Positions 27,470 through 36,279 of a stretch of DNA of 64,000 nucleotides are shown here, piece by piece. Location of the stretch: assembly GCA_027491435.1 (NCBI GenBank), contig JAOZFG010000003.1:8085-72084 (forward strand), given 5' to 3'. The first letter of the stretch is position 1. Each line of letters begins with the position of its first letter. The notes beneath the pieces are model-generated. The model was not told where the DNA came from, made no database searches, and worked only from the letters and a program-made list of their open reading frames with translations. The translations under genes were made by a program, and so were the position numbers. The DNA comes from Thermoproteota archaeon (GTDB lineage Archaea; Korarchaeota; Korarchaeia; Korarchaeales; Korarchaeaceae).

Positions 27470-28698
27470 CACTCCTCCACCTCCTTCTTAGTGGGCTTGG
27501 TGATGAAGTGACCAGCTGCCGCTCCCAAGATGGCTGCTGTTGCGGTTAATCCAGCCATCGTTCCTGTATCTGGCATTGACGGGGCCTGTAACGGCTTATA
27601 GAACGGTTCGAACCTGTCCGGGAACCCTGGCATCGTGCAACCGATGCACACCCCTCCAGTCCTAGTAGGGCCGCCTATCCCGTCGATCCACCCCACCCTG
27701 TTCCAGGGGCAGTTGCTTACAGGTCCCTTGCACCCCACCTCGAATAGACACCTGAAGTCATTGTCCCCGGGCTCGTTTCTGAAGTCCCCTGCTGCGTAGA
27801 ACCCCGCCCTAGGACACTGCTCGTGGGTGGTCCTGCCGAATATATACTTGGGCCTCCAGTACTCATCCAGCTCCGGGAGGGAGAGTAAACCGTCCACAGC
27901 CAGTATGAGGTGGCCCAGAACCCTAAGTATGGCGTTGCCGTTGGCAGGACAACCAGGTATCGCCACAGCCGGCCTACAGTCGCTAGTTGGAGAGACTTTA
28001 GGGGAGCACTTCCCCTCTATGAAGTTAAGGAAGGGCTTGGCCTCCGGCCACCTCCTTATAGCTCCCTTTATACCCCTTAATGGGTCATCGAAGAATCCAA
28101 AGGCCCCGGTCGGGCTCTTTCCATCAGCGGCATACCCCTCCTTAACTCTGGTCGCCACTATTCCCCCATAGCAGGCACAGTTGCCCACCGCAACCACGGC
28201 AACTGCCCTCTTAAGCAGCCTTCTGAACCACTCATTCCCAGTTATGGGTCGCCCGTCCTCCTCACCTAAGACGAACCACCAGCCCCCGGTCTTAGCTGCG
28301 TGCTCCTCGTACGGGAAGGATCCCTCTAACACTAGCACGTAGGGGTCGAGCTCACCGGCCTCCGCCTTGTGCAGGTACTCTAAGGCTGCCTCTCCCCATT
28401 CAGGCATTATAGTCTCGTGGAAGACGACTCTCACTTTACCAGGGCCTATAGCGGGATTCTCGCCGACAAGCACTTGTATCAGGTCGGGGGCGTTTCCCTC
28501 GATCATGGATATCGTGTTGCCAGCGCAATCCTGTGCTTCAAACCAGATCAGGTTTACTGATCCCTGTTTCAGCGTTTGAGCCGCCAATCTCTGCAAACTC
28601 ATTAAGTCAGGCAGCATCAATGAGGTAATGGCCGCTAACTTCAAGAAGTCCCTCCTGGAGATCACGATACCTCCGGAGGAGGAATTCCCTTCACCCAT
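27469..28698 (-). CDS. [NiFe]-hydrogenase small subunit with Tat signal and C-terminal anchor
   Basis: SRRDFLK Tat motif; QDCAGN, GNCA, PGCP, HEQC, CLFEVGCKGP and CIGC; C-terminal TM helix. Confidence 0.95.
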   Translation of the reverse strand: MGEGNSSSGGIVISRRDFLKLAAITSLMLPDLMSLQRLAAQTLKQGSVNLIWFEAQDCAGNTISMIEGNAPDLIQVLVGENPAIGPGKVRVVFHETIMPEWGEAALEYLHKAEAGELDPYVLVLEGSFPYEEHAAKTGGWWFVLGEEDGRPITGNEWFRRLLKRAVAVVAVGNCACYGGIVATRVKEGYAADGKSPTGAFGFFDDPLRGIKGAIRRWPEAKPFLNFIEGKCSPKVSPTSDCRPAVAIPGCPANGNAILRVLGHLILAVDGLLSLPELDEYWRPKYIFGRTTHEQCPRAGFYAAGDFRNEPGDNDFRCLFEVGCKGPVSNCPWNRVGWIDGIGGPTRTGGVCIGCTMPGFPDRFEPFYKPLQAPSMPDTGTMAGLTATAAILGAAAGHFITKPTKKEVEE

Positions 28699-28742
28699 TG
28701 GAACACCTCACATTATATCATCGTTACAGATACACATACTTA

Positions 28743-28820
28743 CATATTATAACTCTTGCTAATCAATTTAAGGAGACTTATCATATTATAACTCTTGCTA
28801 ATCAATTTAAGGAGACTTAT
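28743..28820. repeat. Perfect 39-bp tandem duplication containing the putative BRE/TATA of the hydrogenase operon
   Basis: catattataactcttgctaatcaatttaaggagacttat at 28743-28781 and 28782-28820; the minus strand reads GCAAGAG-TTATAATA. Confidence 0.9.
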
Positions 28821-29126
28821 CCCGCGTCATCCACCTTAATGATAGCTAATATAACTATAGAACGGTGTTATCTCTAATGGAATTTTACACAATTGTTATT
28901 ATCATCCTTGATTATTAACGATTTAAGTGTAAAAATATTAAACAAATCTGCAGATTTACTTCATCGTTAATTGAAAAATATGATTTATTATACAAGTTCA
29001 GTAATTATTATTTAATTATTATCGGGTGTTAATATTTAAATTAATTAAATAAACGAATTAGCGGAATGATTTTGTGTGAAGTGCCGGGTATGCTAGCTTA
29101 TATCGATTAAACGTTGGATATAATGT

Positions 29127-31397
29127 ATGAATTCCGTAAGGGTGGCCGCTAGAATAAGGGTAGTGGGGATCGTACAAGGGGTTGGGTTCAGGCCGTTCGT
29201 TCACAGGTTAGCTGTTAAGCTAGGGTTGAAAGGTTACGTCAGAAATATGGGAGGTAGTGAGGTGGAAATATGGGTTGAGGGAAGCCCGAGGCTAGTGTCA
29301 GAGTTTACCCTTAAAATAGTAGATGAGAAGCCCCCTCCCGCCAAGGTAGAGGAGTTAAGTGTCGCTTTCCTGAAGGCTAACGGCTACGAAGACTTCAGGA
29401 TACTGAGGAGCGGAACCGAGGCCAAGAGGCTCTCCATGGTGCCACCTGACATAGCTGTCTGCGATGAGTGTCTCAGGGAGGTTTACGACCCTTCGGATAG
29501 GCATTACCGCTACCCCTTCAACAGCTGTGCCTGGTGTGGTCCCCGCTTCTCCATGATGTATCAGGTGCCCTACGACAGGGAGAAGACGTCAATGAGGGAC
29601 TTTCCATTATGCGACTCGTGTCTTGAAGAGTATGAGGACCCTGGTAATTTGAGGAGATTTCACGCCCAGGGAATCTCGTGTCCCGAGTGCGGTCCCTCCA
29701 TTTGGATAGAGGACAAAAAAGGCAGAAGGCTACCCTCTGAGGACCCGCTGAAGGATGTAGCTAACCTAATAGAGTCAGGCCACATAGTGGCTGTGAAGGG
29801 GGTCGGTGGGTATCACATAGCCTGCCTAGCCACCGATGAAGGAGTGATTGAAGAGCTTAGGATGAGGAAGAGGAGGCCTCAGAAGCCATTTGCGCTCATG
29901 GCCCTAGACTTGAACGTGGTGGACAGGTACGCAAGGCTGGATGAACTTTCAGCGGAGCTTTTAAGTGGTCCGGAAAGGCCCATCGTACTTTTGCCCAGCA
30001 AGGGAAACCTGCCAGAGGCCATAGCTCCCGGGTTAGACGTCCTAGGCTTCATGCTCCCCTACACCCCTTTACACCACATGCTCCTCAACGAGGTCAGGGA
30101 TCGAGTCCTCATAATGACCAGCGGAAACGTCAGCGGCAAGCCAATGTGCACTTCAGAGGAGTGCGCCAGGAGGAAGCTGGCCGGAGTGGTGGACTACTTC
30201 CTCCACCACAACAGGGAGATAGTTAACAGGGTCGACGACAGTGTGATCAGGTTAACCGACGGAAGGCCCACCTTCCTCAGGAGGAGCAGAGGTTACGCGC
30301 CTTCTTGGGTAAGAATACCCTTCGAGCTTGAAAGGGGCGTGGTGGCCTTTGGGGCTGAGCTTCAGAACGCTGGAGCCATAGGGATTGGTGATAGGGTCGT
30401 GCCCACACAGTATGTGGGGGATATGGACGAATTGGAAAACCTGGAATTCCTGGACGAGGCGCTTAAATTCCTTTACAGGATGTACGGGCTGTCCGACCCC
30501 CTGCTAGTCGTGGACATGCACCCGGGCTACTCCACCAGGAGGTTGGCTGAGACCTGGGAAGGTGACCTGGTAGAGGTACAGCACCATCACGCCCACATAG
30601 CTTCGGTCATGGCGGAACACTGGGTTAACGTTGATGAGGGGGTAGTGGGAATAGCCGTGGACGGGCTCGGCTACGGGAAGGACGGGAACCTCTGGGGAGG
30701 GGAGGTTATGCTCACCACTTACTCAGAGTTTGACAGGGTAGGACGCCTGGAGTACTTCCCAATGCCTGGAGGGGATCTGGCCACGAAATACCCGGTGAGA
30801 ATGCTCATAGGAGTCCTCTCCAAGTTCATGAGCCATGATGAGATTTTGGAGTTCCTGGAGACCAAGGGATTGGTTAAAGGCCTGAGGAGAGGTGTCGTGG
30901 AGGCGGAGATCGCCTTAAAGCAGCTGGGATCCTCTCCCAGGATCTCCAGCGTCGGACGATTTCTTGATTCCGTGGCCGCCCTGCTAAAAGTTTGTTTTGT
31001 CAGGACTTACGAGGGAGAACCAGCAATAAAGCTGGAGTCTCTGGCCAATAAGGGGGAGAGGCTGAAGTTAGAGGTGGACGTGAAGGGCGGCGTGGTGCAG
31101 GCCCATCAAATAGTTGAGTTCATATTGAATCAGGAGGGCGCCCGGATAGAGGACCTAGCATATACGGCAATTTACGCCCTGGGCGAAGTCCTCGGAAGGG
31201 TAGCTTCTGAGTTCTCAGATTATTCGAGCGTTGTGGCCGTATCTGGAGGAGCTTCCGTTAACTCCATCTTGATTAGGGGAATCAAGGAGGCGGTGGGGCG
31301 CCTCTCCCTCTTGACGAACTCAAGGGTGCCTCCGGGGGACGGGGGCATCTCCCTGGGCCAGATAGTTTGTGCGGGTGTTAAGCATGTTCAGGGATAA
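29127..31397 (+). CDS. hypF: Carbamoyltransferase HypF
   Basis: Acylphosphatase GIVQGVGFRPFV, zinc fingers, YrdC-like KGVGGYH, QHHHAH and PPGDGGISLGQ. Confidence 0.97.
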   Translation: MNSVRVAARIRVVGIVQGVGFRPFVHRLAVKLGLKGYVRNMGGSEVEIWVEGSPRLVSEFTLKIVDEKPPPAKVEELSVAFLKANGYEDFRILRSGTEAKRLSMVPPDIAVCDECLREVYDPSDRHYRYPFNSCAWCGPRFSMMYQVPYDREKTSMRDFPLCDSCLEEYEDPGNLRRFHAQGISCPECGPSIWIEDKKGRRLPSEDPLKDVANLIESGHIVAVKGVGGYHIACLATDEGVIEELRMRKRRPQKPFALMALDLNVVDRYARLDELSAELLSGPERPIVLLPSKGNLPEAIAPGLDVLGFMLPYTPLHHMLLNEVRDRVLIMTSGNVSGKPMCTSEECARRKLAGVVDYFLHHNREIVNRVDDSVIRLTDGRPTFLRRSRGYAPSWVRIPFELERGVVAFGAELQNAGAIGIGDRVVPTQYVGDMDELENLEFLDEALKFLYRMYGLSDPLLVVDMHPGYSTRRLAETWEGDLVEVQHHHAHIASVMAEHWVNVDEGVVGIAVDGLGYGKDGNLWGGEVMLTTYSEFDRVGRLEYFPMPGGDLATKYPVRMLIGVLSKFMSHDEILEFLETKGLVKGLRRGVVEAEIALKQLGSSPRISSVGRFLDSVAALLKVCFVRTYEGEPAIKLESLANKGERLKLEVDVKGGVVQAHQIVEFILNQEGARIEDLAYTAIYALGEVLGRVASEFSDYSSVVAVSGGASVNSILIRGIKEAVGRLSLLTNSRVPPGDGGISLGQIVCAGVKHVQG

Positions 31398-32484
31398 GGA
31401 GTTCGCCCTTAGGGTAGCTAGGTCAATACGCAAGCTGTCCGGACATCTTGATGAGGTCAAGATAATGGACTTCTGCGGTACGCATGAGTGGACCATCACC
31501 CACTACGGTATAAGGTCGATGATGCCCGAAAACGTTGAGCTGGTCGCGGGCCCGGGTTGTCCGGTGTGCATCACCCCTGGCTACTACGTGAAGGCCGCAG
31601 TTAAGCTAGCAATGGAGGGGATCAGGGTCTTCACCTACGGAGATGCTTACAAACTGCCTACTGGGAGAAGGGAAGAGCCATCAAGCTTAGAGGAGGCTAG
31701 GTCCATGGGAGGAAAAGTGGAGATAGTATACAGCGTTATGGACGCTGTCAAGAAGTCCAGAGATGGGAGGGAATCGGTATTCTTAGCGGTCGGGTTCGAA
31801 ACTACGGCGCCAGCCACCTTCATACCCTTGAAACATGGAGAAGCTCCCAACAACCTCTCCTTCCTAGTGGCCCACAGGCTCACGCCCCCCATAACCAGGT
31901 ACGTTCTGGACAACTTCCCCGACAACCCCATCTCCGGCATAATAGCTCCGGGACATGTGTCCACTATAATAGGTGCCAAGGCATGGAGCTTCCTACCCAA
32001 AGAGTATGGAGTTCCTACCGTGGTATCTGGATTTGAACCTGTGGACGTTCTGCTCTCAATATTGGAGATCCTCAGGCAGATAAGGGATGGAAGGCCTAGA
32101 TTGGTTAATGAGTACAGCAGGGCCGTCTCATGGGACGGCAACTTACAGGCTCAAAAACTCTTCCGAGATGTTGCGCAAGTATCTGATGCCGTATGGCGTG
32201 GGATAGGCGTCGTCCCCGAGAGCGGGCTCATTCTAAGCGAAGTCTATAAAGAACAGGATGCTGAAACTAGGTACGGGATTGATGATGAGGGATGGGATGA
32301 CCTCCCCCCTGGCTGTAGATGTGCTCAAGTCACTTTAGGCATGATTAAACCTACAGATTGTCCGATGTTCATGAAGTCATGTACACCCGAGAGCCCCTAC
32401 GGCCCTTGTATGGTGTCTTCCGAAGGTACTTGTAACATATGGGCTAAACATAGCGGGGCTAGCGTCATTAATCTACCAAATTAA
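31384..32484 (+). CDS. hypD: Hydrogenase maturation protein HypD
   Basis: CGTH, GPGCPVC, GFETT, PGHVS and GPCMVSSEGTC. Confidence 0.97.
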   Translation: MFRDKEFALRVARSIRKLSGHLDEVKIMDFCGTHEWTITHYGIRSMMPENVELVAGPGCPVCITPGYYVKAAVKLAMEGIRVFTYGDAYKLPTGRREEPSSLEEARSMGGKVEIVYSVMDAVKKSRDGRESVFLAVGFETTAPATFIPLKHGEAPNNLSFLVAHRLTPPITRYVLDNFPDNPISGIIAPGHVSTIIGAKAWSFLPKEYGVPTVVSGFEPVDVLLSILEILRQIRDGRPRLVNEYSRAVSWDGNLQAQKLFRDVAQVSDAVWRGIGVVPESGLILSEVYKEQDAETRYGIDDEGWDDLPPGCRCAQVTLGMIKPTDCPMFMKSCTPESPYGPCMVSSEGTCNIWAKHSGASVINLPN

Positions 32485-32488
32485 TTTG

Positions 32489-32505
32489 TTTTTTTTTTTT
32501 TTTTT
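32489..32505 (+). terminator. 17-nt poly-T tract after hypD (archaeal oligo-T terminator)
   Basis: T17 starting 5 bp after the hypD stop codon. Confidence 0.65.
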
Positions 32506-32589
32506 GAAAGAAGAAAGATAAAAGAAATATCATCTGTTAATCCGAAAGCTTTTTTAGAGAGTTAGCCTCCCTATGAACATAGAGTGAGC

Positions 32590-33183
32590 ATGAGCGGGGA
32601 TGATATAATCAGGAACTTAAAAGATGTTGTCAGGGACTCTTACGCTCTTATGGGATCGATAATAAATCTAACAGACGAGGAAAGAAAGTATATTGGCGAG
32701 GTGGACTTACTAGCGAAAGAAAAATTAGAAAAAACCGCTGAAATTGTGGTCAGCAGAATTCTAGAGAACGCTAGCTTATTGAACGAGCTGAAGGCCTCGG
32801 GGGTTAAGGGTGAGGAGGTCCGAAAGATAGTTAAGGAAGTACTGGAGTTCACCTCAACCTTAGATAATGAGAAGGGAATAGAGGAGAGTAGCCTTAAAAT
32901 AGCTCAGGTCAGCTCCTTCGCCTTAGCTAGAGATATATCATTAGGAACTTACGTAGCTATGATAGGATCGATACACAGCGAGCTGTTGAACATGTTAAAC
33001 AGCGAGGTGGATGAAAAAGTACTAGCTATTTCTAAAGCTTTCCTCTGGTTCTCCAGCGTAGCGGCAGAGTCTTATCATCAGGCGGTGTTAACCAGTATAA
33101 AGAGATCTGCTGGACTCCCAGATAATATAATAGATAGGGCCATTAGGATATCGTCCGCTAAGGTTCATGAGAGGCTTGAGTAG
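32590..33183 (+). CDS. Protoglobin/globin-sensor-like protein, apparently lacking the proximal His
   Basis: All-alpha; INLTDEERKYI N-terminal motif, ISKAFLW...ESY H-helix and the tail SAGLPDNIIDRAI resemble archaeal protoglobin-domain proteins. Confidence 0.6.
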   Translation: MSGDDIIRNLKDVVRDSYALMGSIINLTDEERKYIGEVDLLAKEKLEKTAEIVVSRILENASLLNELKASGVKGEEVRKIVKEVLEFTSTLDNEKGIEESSLKIAQVSSFALARDISLGTYVAMIGSIHSELLNMLNSEVDEKVLAISKAFLWFSSVAAESYHQAVLTSIKRSAGLPDNIIDRAIRISSAKVHERLE

Positions 33184-33185
33184 AG

Positions 33186-33641
33186 TCATTTTAGCTCTTC
33201 AAAGCTTAAATAACATTTATCCCCCTCTACCCTAATGTCTCCCAGCGATGTGGACTTGGAACCCCTACTCCTAACTACATAAGCTATTAAATTAAGGAAA
33301 GGGCATAGGAAAGGCTTGATATTGTTTCCTATGAGCTGCCTCTCGACGTCTAGCATTACGCAATTGTTAATTACTGCTGTGAACTTAGATCCATCTCTGC
33401 TAATGTCCACCGATTTGGCTACCCCCATATCCTCAGTTAAAACCCTAGAGATCTCCCTAAGAGCTTCTTCCTCACTAACACCCTCTAAATCCACATTTGA
33501 TAAGGATTTAAGCCTTTCATACAATTCCTCACCGACTATGGAGACTGTTGCTTTAGCCCCAGCCCCAAGGAGTTCCCAGAAGGCCTTCTCAAGGGAATAG
33601 ATTATCTCAAGTAGGGCCGATTCTCGGCTTAGTTCCGACAT
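33186..33641 (-). CDS. V4R/H-NOX-fold-like (MetOD1/Bet3-like) Cys-containing protein
   Basis: Helical N-terminus, then strands with NNC...FLCP...DKC Cys spacing typical of V4R-like domains. Confidence 0.6.
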   Translation of the reverse strand: MSELSRESALLEIIYSLEKAFWELLGAGAKATVSIVGEELYERLKSLSNVDLEGVSEEEALREISRVLTEDMGVAKSVDISRDGSKFTAVINNCVMLDVERQLIGNNIKPFLCPFLNLIAYVVRSRGSKSTSLGDIRVEGDKCYLSFEELK

Positions 33642-34158
33642 AATGACACCTAATTATCTCGAACATGAAACTATTTATTTTTTGTGTTATAAGTTGCGAT
33701 TATCCTAATAATTAATAATTTATCGATATTTGAATTAATAAATTTGTAGTATCTCATAGATAATTTTAGTATATCTCAAAAAACTATCGATTTTTATTAT
33801 AAGTTTTTCGCTTACCAGTTATTGAAGTTGATCTAAATTTCTACTCTTGTAAATACAACATAATTACAAATATCTTTAAATAGATTAAGAATTAACTGAT
33901 TAAAATTTAAATAATATAAAGTTAAAGTATCCACCCTGTAATTCCATCAACTTTTTCAAAAAGCATTCTTTTACTTATAATCCTGATGATTACATCACAT
34001 AGCTTTAAATTTAATCAAGGAATAATCTATCTAACGAATAATCATTATCATATGTCAGGCGGTTTATTTATGATAGCGCTCTTGCGTCTATTAAGTTAAG
34101 ATTCATTTTTATAAACTGTATATAACTCTAATTAATTAAACTGAAAACTCCAAAAACT

Positions 34159-34809
34159 TTATAAATATTTCTCTAAGTCATCCGATCTTAAAATAAGTCT
34201 CTTTACAGTTCCCCAGCTCCATCTAACGAAGTTAGGTTTAACTCCCTCACTTACAAGCCATTCAATGAACTTCCTAGTCTTAGGATCGCTTGGATAACCT
34301 GATCCAAAGTCTACCCCTATTTCTTTCTTGATTTCATCTATCAGTCTATCCCTCTCAACCTTAGCTATTATGGAGGCGGCTGCCACGTGCAGGTACTTCC
34401 TGTCGGCCTTGTTCCTAGCTATGAGCCTATACCTCATCCCTTTAGTCATTGACTTTATCATTGACGAGAACTTCTTGGTGTTCACCATGGGGGAATCCAC
34501 TATTGCCAGGGACGGCCTAAGCTCCCTTATTATCTCAGCCATTGCCTCGGCTTCCAGGTGATTCAACATGTTTCTGGAGACGGCCTCGTCTATCCTTCTT
34601 GGATGTATCACCTTAACTGAGCAGGAATCGGCTACCTCCTCAATAAGGAGCTTTAATTCTTCTCTCCTCTCCTCGCTTAACAACTTGGAGTCTTTAACGC
34701 CCGCTTCCCTGAGTAACTTTAATTTAGAGCTTTTTATCAAGACCCCCGCAACTACCATGGGGCCTATCACTGGGCCCCTTCCCGCCTCATCTAAACCCGC
34801 TGTCGTCAC
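34159..34809 (-). CDS. rnhB: Ribonuclease HII
   Basis: GLDEAGRGPVIGPMVV, VKDSK, VAAASIIAKVERD and GSGYPSDP. Confidence 0.97.
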   Translation of the reverse strand: MTTAGLDEAGRGPVIGPMVVAGVLIKSSKLKLLREAGVKDSKLLSEERREELKLLIEEVADSCSVKVIHPRRIDEAVSRNMLNHLEAEAMAEIIRELRPSLAIVDSPMVNTKKFSSMIKSMTKGMRYRLIARNKADRKYLHVAAASIIAKVERDRLIDEIKKEIGVDFGSGYPSDPKTRKFIEWLVSEGVKPNFVRWSWGTVKRLILRSDDLEKYL

Positions 34810-34844
34810 GAGGTAACCTTAAAAGCCATAAAGATAAATCCTTA
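34785..34844. repeat. 60-bp direct repeat, copy 1 (rnhB 5' end plus promoter)
   Basis: cctcatctaaacccgctgtcgtcac (25 bp exact) plus ggtaaccttaaaa...taaagataa.tcctta, repeated at 36218-36277. Confidence 0.9.
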
Positions 34845-35034
34845 CTCGCTAAGGAGCTTCTCCATCCTAGAGGGCACATCAAACCAAGGTCGAGCGGTTC
34901 CTCATAATGGGATATTCCTCTTAAACAGAAGTAACTCCAACAACTGGTTCTCATGCTTATCCGCTGGACTCGCAAGTAAATTTATGGAGCTATTAAGGGG
35001 ATTAAAGCTATATGAATAGATAACAGGTCCAGTG

Positions 35035-35055
35035 GGGTGCTGTCAACTTAAGGCT
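35035..35055. mobile_element. Isolated IS6-like terminal repeat
   Basis: gggtgctgtcaacttaaggct matches 63675-63695 at 20/21 positions; resembles the GG.nCTGT ends of the IS6 family. Confidence 0.5.
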
Positions 35056-35187
35056 CTTAGGGCCGCTGACATCTACGAGGGGGCCGTCGCTAACTGACCT
35101 GAACTTTCAGACCGCTTCACGTAGAAAAGGTATTGAGCTTACTCAGCTGAACTCACCACTCTCATTCTACAAAAGGACTTTTTAGGG

Positions 35188-35631
35188 TTAGGGGACTACT
35201 TTAAGCCAGGGTACATGCTTAAAATCCTCATCAAATGTGAGAATGGAGTTTATGTCGTGATGCTTACACGTCAACGCTATTATAGCGTCACTCGGTAACA
35301 ACCTAAGCTCCTTTAGAACTCTGTAAAGCTCCTCCTCTGTATACATATCCGGTATAAGTCTTATGTTCAATCTCCTGAGCAACTCCCTAATTACTTCAAT
35401 CACCTTCCCGGGATATCCGTGCTTCTTTATCCATCTTCTAGCTGAGTAAGTCCCGGTCATCCCGTATTTATGCTTCAGATAGTGCATTGTGGATGTATAG
35501 ATAATCTCATTATGAACTACCGTATTTATGACGTAATCTCCTGGATTTTCCTCGAGCAGAGTCAACGCCTCATCCGTTCTAGGTGTTTTATGAATAATGT
35601 GGTACAGTATGTTAGTGTCTAAGAAAATCAC
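35188..35631 (-). CDS. vapC: PIN-domain toxin
   Basis: IFLDTNIL, E in VHNEI, LLPSDAIIALTC and TFDEDF. Confidence 0.93.
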   Translation of the reverse strand: MIFLDTNILYHIIHKTPRTDEALTLLEENPGDYVINTVVHNEIIYTSTMHYLKHKYGMTGTYSARRWIKKHGYPGKVIEVIRELLRRLNIRLIPDMYTEEELYRVLKELRLLPSDAIIALTCKHHDINSILTFDEDFKHVPWLKVVP

Positions 35632-35825
35632 GATTGCCAGACCTCCTCGAGATACTCTTCCAACTCTCCCTCGCTGGACTCACCCAGAATGCCGATAAGG
35701 TCTTTTAACATCTCTCTTAAACTCTTTTCAATTCTTACTTTAATTTCCTCACCTTCTTTAAGCTCTATGGGGTCTAATGGTTTAAGTACTCCCCCTTCAT
35801 ACTTGACCCTCACAGCCCTAGACAA
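35628..35825 (-). CDS. AF2212/DUF104-like antitoxin
   Basis: VRVKYEGGVLKPLDPIELKEGEEI; overlaps vapC by 4 bp; likely TTG start at 35825. Confidence 0.88.
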   Translation of the reverse strand: MSRAVRVKYEGGVLKPLDPIELKEGEEIKVRIEKSLREMLKDLIGILGESSEGELEEYLEEVWQS

Positions 35826-36217
35826 TAGTACCCCCCGATTAAATTGGCCTCGTGCCAATTAGCCTTTTCCCTAGACGATCGGTTACCACGCCAAAACTCG
35901 CTGCAGCCTTTTCGCTTAAACTTATTTTAAGTTTTCTGAGAAATTGTAGTAAATTCATATTAAAAAGACGGATTAATTTTATATTTAGGGGAGTTCAATG
36001 GTCTCAGCGGACTGTTAGCTTATGAGCTTAAGTAAGCTTCAGACCATTAAAGCATTTAGTTACAGATTTCTTAAGGTAATGACCTTAAGTGATGCTAGAT
36101 TGTATGGAAAATATATACGTTACACAGGAATCTTCAATTTATAGGGGACTTAACCGGCTGCAACTATAGCTTTAAGGTCCGCTGAGCGCTAGCATCTCAA
36201 TGTACCCGCCCCTCCTA

Positions 36218-36277
36218 CCTCATCTAAACCCGCTGTCGTCACAGGGTAACCTTAAAAACCGGTAAAGATAATCCTTA
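36218..36277. repeat. 60-bp direct repeat, copy 2 (truncated rnhB start fragment; promoter of the 36280 gene)
   Basis: Matches 34785-34844; read on the minus strand from GTG 36242 it encodes MTTAGLDEV and then diverges and stops. Confidence 0.9.
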
Positions 36278-36279
36278 TT

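Noticed and set aside
28743-28820. Possible CRISPR repeats
   Set aside because: Two adjacent copies with no spacer and no cas genes nearby; this is a tandem duplication.
36008-36030. Another possible IS6-like end (ggactgttagcttatg)
   Set aside because: Too degenerate relative to the 21-bp motif to distinguish from chance.
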